From IMG/VR virus record IMGVR_UViG_3300011339_000092, positions 1-31,789 of that record: a stretch of 31,789 nucleotides of DNA. One strand, written 5' to 3'. The stretch is from a virus. Taxonomy: Duplodnaviria > Caudoviricetes. The notes under the pieces were generated by a model. It worked only from the letters and a program-made list of their open reading frames with translations, did no database searches and had not been told where the DNA came from. Position numbers and translations under genes: made by a program. Numbering within the stretch: position 1 is the stretch's first letter; every line of letters begins with the position of its first letter. Shown here piece after piece: positions 26,004-31,789 of the stretch.

Positions 26004-26806
26004 GCTTTCCTCACAACTTCTGCAAAGTATTTGCGAATATGGTCTGGCATTGGCGCAGCCTTCTTTTCGTCAGCTTTAATCTTTTCCAATGCAGGGTCAG
26101 GCTCATTCTTTGATGGAACTGTGAGCCTCACAATGTCGGCAGGGTTTCCCTTAATCTCAAAAACATCTTGCCAACTAGAGGTGATTGATTTTTCTAAAAC
26201 TTGTTTAATGTCCTGACCATTTGCTTTAAACCGAACTAACTTGTCAACAATCAACTTCTTGGCGTAGTCGGTTGGCGGTTTACCAATACGCTTTCGCATT
26301 TGCACAAAAGCATCCCAAGTTTCTTTTTCAATCCAATCCGGCAAAACAAAAGCAACGCTAGTTGCATCCTCTTTGTTTTCTTTAATACTCTTCTCTTCTC
26401 TTCTCTTCTCTGGTAACGCTTTTGTCACGCTTGATGCGTTACTATTTGCGTTACTTTCATCGTTGCTTCTGCGTTTTTCTTGTCTATTTTTACCTAAAGC
26501 CCTCTTTTTAGCTGTTTCACCATTGTGATACTCAAAGTTAGGCAGGGTAAGTAAGTGTCCTTTTTGGTCAAGCCACCCAACAAAAGTCATTTGTTCAGCA
26601 AACCCTGTAACGCCAGCCAAACGATCTAGTAACGCAAAAGTAACGCTTGATGCGTTACCATCAATAGTGTGAGTGTCAAACCATGACCAAATGCGAATTA
26701 GTTTTCCAACTACTGCATCAGGGTCTAAATTCATCCTTGCAGCTATTGCAAGAACTTCTGGTTTGTCTGGAGTGTCTTTTTGAAGTTTTATCCAATCGCC
26801 AGCCAT
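26000..26806 (-). CDS. Replication initiator protein (268 aa)
   Basis: MAGDWIK...PEV...VVGKL.R.WSWFD N-terminal domain, low-complexity linker with iterons, LPDWI....W..F..MR C-terminal domain. Confidence 0.75.
   Translation of the reverse strand: MAGDWIKLQKDTPDKPEVLAIAARMNLDPDAVVGKLIRIWSWFDTHTIDGNASSVTFALLDRLAGVTGFAEQMTFVGWLDQKGHLLTLPNFEYHNGETAKKRALGKNRQEKRRSNDESNANSNASSVTKALPEKRREEKSIKENKEDATSVAFVLPDWIEKETWDAFVQMRKRIGKPPTDYAKKLIVDKLVRFKANGQDIKQVLEKSITSSWQDVFEIKGNPADIVRLTVPSKNEPDPALEKIKADEKKAAPMPDHIRKYFAEVVRKA
26388..26658. repeat. Putative replication origin: GTAACGC/GCGTTAC iterons and a (CTCTT)n tract
   Basis: GTAACGC at 26413, 26607, 26629, 26640; GTCACGC at 26424; GCGTTAC at 26436, 26448, 26652; pyrimidine tract at 26388-26410. 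Confidence 0.7.
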
Positions 26807-26807
26807 G

Positions 26808-27050
26808 TTAAGCCACCCAATCTCGAGCACCAACAACTTGAACAACTAAATAGCGTTCAGTATTGTTTTCTCTTGCTAATCGGTCAGCTTCTTTTAAAGC
26901 GCTGAGAAAGGAATCATGTATGCAAGTAAATCGCATACTTTTAATATTTCGGCTTTGACGCATTACTGCGTACATACCATGAATATTTTTCAATGGGGTT
27001 TCGCCAATCACCACTTTTGGGTGTGGTTTTTTTAGACTAAGAGTAGCCAT
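26808..27050 (-). CDS. Hypothetical protein (80 aa from MATLSL; 90 aa if the GTG at 27080 is used)
   Basis: TAAGG RBS before the ATG at 27050; A..EA.RLA......YLVVQVVG motif. Confidence 0.65.
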   Translation of the reverse strand: MATLSLKKPHPKVVIGETPLKNIHGMYAVMRQSRNIKSMRFTCIHDSFLSALKEADRLARENNTERYLVVQVVGARDWVA

Positions 27051-27074
27051 GTTTAACCTTACTTCTTTGGTTGA

Positions 27075-27141
27075 CTTCACAAGACACGCTGGTGGCAGGA
27101 TGGTGAAGAATCATCTTTTCGGGAGCTACCCTAGCCGCGTG
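27075..27141 (-). ncRNA. Candidate structured 5' leader RNA (three-way junction with possible pseudoknot)
   Basis: CACGC/GCGTG and GGC/GCC closing stems; GGG-TAGCT-CCC; GAAA; GATG-ATTCTTCAC-CATC; the loop CTTCAC is complementary to the downstream GTGAAG. Confidence 0.6.
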
Positions 27142-27146
27142 CAATT

Positions 27147-27155
27147 AGTATATCA
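27147..27155 (-). promoter_or_regulatory. Extended -10 promoter TGaTATACT
   Basis: The predicted start site falls at the 5' end of the structured element. Confidence 0.6.
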
Positions 27156-27500
27156 AATAAATTGATTGTTGGTTATTTCTTTTTTAGCAGGTTTACCAAG
27201 CAGTCGAGTAGCTTGTGCCTTCATCTGGGCATATTCAGCCTTGGTAAAGATGCCATAGGTCTTGATGCCACAGATGATTTTTACATTGCTGTCTTGCGTT
27301 TCTACTTCATTGTTAACCAAGGCGTACTGAGCAACCCAATAGCGCCCTGATTTAATCTTAGAGATTGTCAATTCTTTCTTGTCACGCAACTTCTTAGCTG
27401 TGGACAAGACTGTGGCTTGTGGCATACCAGTCAGGTTGGATACTTCGTGAGATGTGAGTGCGCCATTCTGGAGTGCTTTAATTATTTGTGCTTGAGTCAT
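27153..27500 (-). CDS. Winged-HTH protein
   Basis: IIKALQNGALTSHEVSNLTGMPQATV....KKL pattern. Confidence 0.7.
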   Translation of the reverse strand: MTQAQIIKALQNGALTSHEVSNLTGMPQATVLSTAKKLRDKKELTISKIKSGRYWVAQYALVNNEVETQDSNVKIICGIKTYGIFTKAEYAQMKAQATRLLGKPAKKEITNNQFI

Positions 27501-27811
27501 TCTGTTACTTCTTCTGTTCTAAGTGGAATTGCTGGGCCTCTACGAGTGTTGCAACTCTTGCAGGTAGGCTCAACTTCTAGTGGTTTGTTGTAATCTCTGT
27601 GTTCATAGCATTGGGCTGGCTTTCCACAATCTACACAGTTAAATTTTGAAAAGTGTGGAAGGATACCATTTCTAACTGCTTTGTTAACGGCAGCAGCAGC
27701 TTGTGCTTGTCCATTCTTTTTAGGTCTTATATCGCAACACTCCCAGCAAAACTTTGCGCTATTTTCTCTACCAAGAATTTCTTTGTTGCAATCAGCACAC
27801 AACTTGCTCAT
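27497..27811 (-). CDS. Zn-finger / HNH-like protein
   Basis: CADC, CWEC, CVDCG...HRDYNKPLEV..TCKSCN. Confidence 0.7.
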   Translation of the reverse strand: MSKLCADCNKEILGRENSAKFCWECCDIRPKKNGQAQAAAAVNKAVRNGILPHFSKFNCVDCGKPAQCYEHRDYNKPLEVEPTCKSCNTRRGPAIPLRTEEVTE

Positions 27812-27993
27812 TTCTTAATCCTTTTGTTTAAGAAAAGTTTTGGGTTAGCCAACTTGATAGACGCAGGGATTCCTCTAGTCAACCAGTTGTGAACTCGTTG
27901 TTTTGAGATTTGTAGCTTCTTAGAAACATAAGAAGTGCCACCAAGTGCTTGTATCAGTTCTTGGTCAAATTTGATTTGGTCTTGTTTTGTCAT
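27808..27993 (-). CDS. Cro-like HTH repressor (61 aa)
   Basis: LIQALGG...VSKKLQISKQRVHNW..RGIP; first gene of the leftward operon; start moved to MTKQDQ. Confidence 0.8.
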   Translation of the reverse strand: MTKQDQIKFDQELIQALGGTSYVSKKLQISKQRVHNWLTRGIPASIKLANPKLFLNKRIKK

Positions 27994-27999
27994 GGTTGT

Positions 28000-28028
28000 A
28001 TCATAACAACAGAATTGATAAAAGTAAA
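28000..28028 (-). promoter_or_regulatory. Leftward sigma70 promoter giving a leaderless cro-like mRNA
   Basis: TTTACT-17 nt-TATGAT with a TGn extension, 6 nt before the ATG. Confidence 0.7.
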
Positions 28029-28045
28029 CTATTTGTGAAAATATT

Positions 28046-28101
28046 TTAAACAAAGTGTTTTTCTTTGCTATACTTCATCCAACCCAAGCAATTCGCAAGG
28101 G
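28046..28101 (+). promoter_or_regulatory. Promoter cassette copy 1 (rightward early promoter)
   Basis: TTAAAC-AAAGT-GTTTT; TGCTATACT at 28066-28074; CCC-AA-GC-AATTC-GC-AA-GGG at 28083-28101; AAGGAG RBS follows. Confidence 0.8.
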
Positions 28102-28119
28102 CCATAAAGGAGAACCAAA

Positions 28120-28212
28120 TTGAAAAGTAAGATTATTCAAACGCTAGTTGAGTGGACATTGGCAGTCATCATCTTTGGTGGTTGGGGTGTGTTATTGGCT
28201 TGGAGGGCATAA
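28120..28212 (+). CDS. 30-aa membrane peptide (MKSKIIQTLVEWTLAVIIFGGWGVLLAWRA)
   Basis: Manually translated; TTG start after a strong AAGGAG RBS. Confidence 0.65.
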   Translation: MKSKIIQTLVEWTLAVIIFGGWGVLLAWRA

Positions 28213-28214
28213 CC

Positions 28215-28427
28215 ATGGCATTTTTACTACCATTCACAACGCGCCAAGTCTGTAAAGCAATGGCTGACAGCATGGTCAAATACGATAACGCACAAGATAA
28301 AGATGACTTCTGCAATCCAGATGTTCCTCTTGTTGTCAAACTTAAAAACAAAAAATATGGTGTTCTTAGTTATGGTGGCGACCCTGATGAAGAAGGTTTA
28401 GTGCTTGAACTTGTGGAGTTGAAATGA
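28215..28427 (+). CDS. Hypothetical protein (70 aa)
   Basis: Start moved to MAFLLPF, which has a GGAGG RBS. Confidence 0.7.
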   Translation: MAFLLPFTTRQVCKAMADSMVKYDNAQDKDDFCNPDVPLVVKLKNKKYGVLSYGGDPDEEGLVLELVELK

Positions 28428-28582
28428 ACACTCAAGAACTAAGACGCAAGGCTCGTCAGCTTTACAACAACGAGCAAGTCCCTACTAAAGTCAACCAGTA
28501 CAACCAACGTAAATGGGTCAGGTCTGTTCTTAAACTTGGTGACAAGTGGTTAGTAGCCAAGCAGATAGGACGCATCCAATGA
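28424..28582 (+). CDS. 52-aa basic hypothetical protein (MNTQELRRKARQLYN...NQRKWVRSVLKLGDKWLVA)
   Basis: Manually translated; ATGA-coupled on both sides; GGAG RBS. Confidence 0.75.
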   Translation: MNTQELRRKARQLYNNEQVPTKVNQYNQRKWVRSVLKLGDKWLVAKQIGRIQ

Positions 28583-28752
28583 TTACCAGAGAAGACGCAA
28601 TCAAAGACTTATCACACACGTTGTATTGCTGCTACTGCTGTGAGCCTAAGACATACGGCTCATGCTGTGGAGAGAACCACTTTGTAGAGTTTGCAGACCT
28701 CTATGAAGAAGATAAAGAAGCAATGATTGAAGATTATTTAAAGGAAGAATGA
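28579..28752 (+). CDS. Small Cys-rich Zn-binding protein (57 aa)
   Basis: YCCYCCEPK..GSCCGENHF; start moved to the coupled ATG at 28579. Confidence 0.7.
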   Translation: MITREDAIKDLSHTLYCCYCCEPKTYGSCCGENHFVEFADLYEEDKEAMIEDYLKEE

Positions 28753-28753
28753 A

Positions 28754-29368
28754 ATGGTACACAAGAAGTTAATGCAAGCAAGAATCGCCCTGCAAAACGC
28801 ACCTCTGAAGAAGTCTGGTCACAATAAGTTTGCTGGTTACAGCTACTTTGAACTTGGTGACTTCATCCCCACGATTAACCAAATCTTTGCTGATGTAGGT
28901 CTGTGTGGCGTAGTGTCATACGATGCTGAGATAGCAAGCCTTACAATCACAGACGTAGATGATGGCACTAACATCATCATCACTAGCCCAATGGCAGACG
29001 CTAACCTTAAGGGCTGTCATCCTATCCAGAATCTTGGTGCTGTAGAAACCTACACAAGACGCTACCTTTGGGTTACAGCAATGGAGATTGTTGAGCATGA
29101 TGCTCTGGATTCTTCTGCGCCACTCAAGGAAGAAAAGAAAGCACCAGTCATTGCACCAGCGCAAGGAATACGAGATGAGTTACCTATTGAAGAACTTAGG
29201 TATCTCGATGAATTAGCAGTTGAGTTAATTGCTATTTGTGAGAAAGACCCAAAGGCTGCTTGGGTTAGATTGGAGAAAGAGAACTTAGAAGCTGACCAGA
29301 AGGTTGCTCTTTGGACTTTGATGCCAAGCAATGTAAGAAGCGCCATCAAGAAAGCAAAGGAAGTTTAA
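28754..29368 (+). CDS. erf: ERF-family ssDNA annealing protein
   Basis: KKSGHNKF..YSYFEL.D and QNLGAVETYTRRY......I...D motifs. Confidence 0.9.
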   Translation: MVHKKLMQARIALQNAPLKKSGHNKFAGYSYFELGDFIPTINQIFADVGLCGVVSYDAEIASLTITDVDDGTNIIITSPMADANLKGCHPIQNLGAVETYTRRYLWVTAMEIVEHDALDSSAPLKEEKKAPVIAPAQGIRDELPIEELRYLDELAVELIAICEKDPKAAWVRLEKENLEADQKVALWTLMPSNVRSAIKKAKEV

Positions 29369-29608
29369 ATGGAATACGACAACACTAATCGAGGCTCACT
29401 CTTTAAGAATGACCGCAAAGACGATGCAAAGTTTCCTGATTACAAAGGAAGTTTGAATGTAGAGGGTACAGAGTACTGGCTCTCCGCTTGGATTAAAGTG
29501 AGCAAAGATGGCAATAAGTTTATGTCTTTGTCACTCAAGAACAAAAATGTTGATGCTTCATTGCAGCCTAAGAAGAAGGTTGTGTATGAGGACGATGCAC
29601 CATTTTAA
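29369..29608 (+). CDS. Small SSB-like protein (DUF736-like)
   Basis: GSLFKN..K.....PDYKG......EYWLSAW.......KFMSL and an acidic EDDAPF tail; follows erf. Confidence 0.75.
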   Translation: MEYDNTNRGSLFKNDRKDDAKFPDYKGSLNVEGTEYWLSAWIKVSKDGNKFMSLSLKNKNVDASLQPKKKVVYEDDAPF

Positions 29609-29618
29609 GTAAGTTTAC

Positions 29619-29664
29619 GAGGGCGAAAGCAGACAGCAATGTCGGACGAATGTGAGTAGCCCTC
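29619..29664 (+). ncRNA. Candidate structured element with a loop-E/sarcin-ricin-like internal loop
   Basis: GAGGGC-GAAA-GCA-[GACA-GCAA-TGTC]-GGACGAA-TGT-GAGTA-GCCCTC. Confidence 0.55.
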
Positions 29665-29680
29665 ACCTAAAGGAAAGATC

Positions 29681-29998
29681 ATGGATATGAAAAGTGCTTT
29701 TGAGAAAATCTTTGGAACACCAGCATTTAAGTTGGCACGAAAAGATAGCCCAGAAACCTCTGTAGAAGCAGCGCAAGCAATTGATAGCACCAAGCTAGAA
29801 CAAATCGTCTACGAGGCTATTAAGGGCTTTCCTGATGGGTGTATTTCAGATGAAGTACTGGAAGCATTACCAGAGCATCGTTATTCATCAATCACACCTC
29901 GCTATCGTGCTTTGCTAGACAAAGGCTTTATTGAGATTACAGGCACTAGAGAAGGACGCTCTGGTAAAAAACAACGAGTTATGAAAGTGAAATTATGA
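29681..29998 (+). CDS. Winged-HTH protein
   Basis: ARKDSPETSVEAA...G...DEV.......SITPRYRAL...G.I....R.GRSGKKQRV; AAGGA RBS. Confidence 0.75.
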   Translation: MDMKSAFEKIFGTPAFKLARKDSPETSVEAAQAIDSTKLEQIVYEAIKGFPDGCISDEVLEALPEHRYSSITPRYRALLDKGFIEITGTREGRSGKKQRVMKVKL

Positions 29999-30303
29999 GT
30001 TACGCAAATGTAGAAATTAAGATCATTCAATGGGCAGAGGCTCGTAAGATTATTCCTAACAGCACCCCAGAAGTTCAACTTCTAAAAGCAATGTCAGAGA
30101 TGGGAGAACTAGCAGATGCAACCATTAAGAAAGACAAGGAAGCTATTGTGGACGCTGTTGGCGATGTCATGGTCTGCCTTGTTAATTACTGCGCTTTGCA
30201 AGACCTCAATCTGGTAGACTGTATGGAAGTTGCATACGATCAGATTAAGAATCGTAGGGGTACGCTTTTGCCAAATGGATTGTTCGTTAAAGACGCTATT
30301 TAG
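29995..30303 (+). CDS. MazG-like nucleotide pyrophosphohydrolase
   Basis: Q.LK..SEMGELA......DAVGD..V.L and AYDQIKNRRG motifs. Confidence 0.85.
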   Translation: MSYANVEIKIIQWAEARKIIPNSTPEVQLLKAMSEMGELADATIKKDKEAIVDAVGDVMVCLVNYCALQDLNLVDCMEVAYDQIKNRRGTLLPNGLFVKDAI

Positions 30304-30439
30304 CAAGTAAGTAAAGACCCACATTACTAAATGCGTACCCTGCGTACACAATAGCCATGTGTGGGTTATCTTTCCATAGTTGTTCACCAGCTATGTAGGC
30401 ATAGATTGCCCCTGTGAGAATAATTAACCAAGCACTCAA
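30296..30439 (-). CDS. 47-aa two-TM membrane protein (MSAWLIILTGAIYAYIAGEQ...YAGYAFSNVGLYLLAK)
   Basis: Manually translated; TTG overlaps the phosphoesterase stop. Confidence 0.65.
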   Translation of the reverse strand: MSAWLIILTGAIYAYIAGEQLWKDNPHMAIVYAGYAFSNVGLYLLAK

Positions 30440-31170
30440 AATAAACTCACATCAATGACTTCGCCACGGAACTCCACCATGTTTTCATCAAACTTGTGGA
30501 CTAATTCAGGCCATAACAATTGACCATTAAAAAAGGTCAGCACCGCAAAGCCTGACCTGTGATTGCTTGGATTTAACTCGCCATATGTGAACTGTGGGCC
30601 ATCAGGCTCTGCAAGTGTTCCTGTATCAACACCATAACGATTTCCATTGTAATCAGAGAATGGCGTAACCTTGAGTGAGTGCAAGTGTCCTGTAACGATA
30701 GACACACCAGCGTTAACAGTATTGTTGTGAGTAGCGTGAATACCACCTTTGTATCGGTGCTTCACAATCACTTGCTCTGTAGGCCAACAAGCCCAGCAAA
30801 ACTCCCAATCAGGGATATGGTCTGACAGCTTAAATCCTTGTACCTCTTTGAACTGTGGTGCATGGTTAGCCAACTTGGTAGCAAACCTAGAGTCATGGTT
30901 TCCATAGGTAAAGATTAGCTTTACATTGTGTCTTTCTTCTTTAGCTGCTTCCTCAATCTCACCAAGCATTGCCTGACAAGCCTTTAACTCTTGGATAACA
31001 GAAGTCTGGTATTCAGAAGCATCATGCCGAGATATAGACGCACCATCAAACGCATCACCATTACATATCACCGCTTTAGGCTTGAACTCTTGAATAGCCC
31101 ATAAAAGCCCTTTAAAGGCTGTAGAACGTTGATTAGGTATGAAGTGAGCATCAGAGAACACTAACACCAC
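30436..31170 (-). CDS. Calcineurin-like metallophosphoesterase
   Basis: SDAH, NGDAFD, GNHD, KH and GHLH motifs. Confidence 0.88.
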   Translation of the reverse strand: MVLVFSDAHFIPNQRSTAFKGLLWAIQEFKPKAVICNGDAFDGASISRHDASEYQTSVIQELKACQAMLGEIEEAAKEERHNVKLIFTYGNHDSRFATKLANHAPQFKEVQGFKLSDHIPDWEFCWACWPTEQVIVKHRYKGGIHATHNNTVNAGVSIVTGHLHSLKVTPFSDYNGNRYGVDTGTLAEPDGPQFTYGELNPSNHRSGFAVLTFFNGQLLWPELVHKFDENMVEFRGEVIDVSLF

Positions 31171-31199
31171 GCCATCCTCTATGCCAAGGCTTATCTGCT

Positions 31200-31418
31200 T
31201 TAAAGGAGAAAAGGATTTGGTCTGTTAAGGTCATATTTAGCACCTCGATGGTCAGAAGCACCTAATTTGATCTTATAGTGTTCTTCAATCCACCTTCTAC
31301 GCAAGAAAACTGCTCTGGTTGCAATGCCAAGATGTTGTGCAATTGCAGATGCTGACTGAAGTTCACCCCACAGCTTGATAAACTCAACGTCTGTGCAGGT
31401 TTCGTTATGTGAGCCCAT
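31200..31418 (-). CDS. HTH-like protein, probably the frameshifted N-terminus of the phosphoesterase
   Basis: EFIKLW...SASAIAQHLGIATRAV..RR; a -1 shift near 31202-31224 joins it in frame to the downstream ORF. Confidence 0.6.
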   Translation of the reverse strand: MGSHNETCTDVEFIKLWGELQSASAIAQHLGIATRAVFLRRRWIEEHYKIKLGASDHRGAKYDLNRPNPFLL

Positions 31419-31779
31419 TGGAGTCCTTGGTCAATAGGTTTTCTAGCAGATTGATAACCCTATGCTCTTGCATTTCAATATCCTCATCTGAGGACTTTGG
31501 GTCTGTAGCTACACACATTAAGTCATGCAAAAAGATATGCAATAACTCGTGAAGTGCAGTTTTATCAAGTGATTCTTTGGTAATTTTCTCAGCACCAAAA
31601 TCACCCAACCGATAAACAGCTAGTCTAGCGTTATCAGTAAATTCAACAGATGCCATTGCATTCTTGGCTGGCTTTATGCCCTTTTCAATTCGCCAATCAC
31701 CAAGACTTAGCACCTGTTGCCATTTTTTTACGCTTTCAGCAAAGATTCGTGCATCGTCTTGTGTTGGTATGTTAGCCAT
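31405..31779 (-). CDS. HExxH zinc-metallopeptidase-like protein
   Basis: KWQ..L.L.DWRI and TALHELLHIFL...E; GAGG RBS. Confidence 0.7.
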   Translation of the reverse strand: MANIPTQDDARIFAESVKKWQQVLSLGDWRIEKGIKPAKNAMASVEFTDNARLAVYRLGDFGAEKITKESLDKTALHELLHIFLHDLMCVATDPKSSDEDIEMQEHRVINLLENLLTKDSNGLT

Positions 31780-31789
31780 TCAAAACCTC

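Noticed and set aside
27075-27141. tRNA or hammerhead ribozyme reading of the structured element
   Set aside because: No T-loop/D-loop consensus or cloverleaf; GAAA is present but the CUGAnGA core is absent.
75-27892. Numerous plus-strand ORFs of 60-180 aa in the ORF track
   Set aside because: Almost all lie antisense to well-supported minus-strand genes and lack an RBS or recognisable motifs; they are shadow ORFs.
29605-30387. Minus-strand ORFs 29605..29793 and 30109..30387
   Set aside because: They overlap the plus-strand HTH and MazG-like genes in antisense; a coupled 47-aa ORF at 30296..30439 explains the region better.
31200-31206. prfB-like CTT-stop +1 frameshift site
   Set aside because: Joining the downstream ORF needs a -1 shift, not +1.
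1-31789. Stop-codon reassignment
   Set aside because: Core genes are intact and tightly packed under the standard code with TAA, TGA and TAG stops.

Overview
Nearly the whole genome of a small tailed dsDNA phage with a P22/SU10-like podovirus layout; a freshwater proteobacterial host is my inference from gene style only. Reading the minus strand from about 22.5 kb down to 1 gives the late region: a Cys-rich HiPIP-like protein, two small basic proteins, a two-domain ADP-ribosyltransferase-like protein, TerS, TerL, portal, a 528-aa unknown, scaffold, SU10-type major capsid, adaptor, gp10-like tail hub, three candidate ejection proteins, two tail-fibre proteins, a tail chaperone and small membrane proteins. 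From 22.6 to 28.0 kb (minus) is an early/replication operon: Cro-like HTH, HNH-like Zn finger, initiator with internal iterons, orphan DNA methyltransferase, RusA and a Ref/DUF968-like nuclease. From 28.1 to 30.3 kb (plus) is a divergent recombination operon (ERF, SSB-like, HTH, MazG-like). From 30.3 to 31.8 kb (minus) are a HExxH protein and an apparently frameshifted HTH-metallophosphoesterase. I saw no integrase, CI, tRNA, CRISPR array or reverse transcriptase. The most interesting signals are: (i) a duplicated promoter-operator-5' hairpin cassette with compensatory base changes, (ii) two further structured RNA candidates, (iii) TonB-box-like repeats in the protein encoded right after the portal, and (iv) the tandem ART-like protein next to terS. 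All family assignments come from motif recognition by eye; no searches were run.
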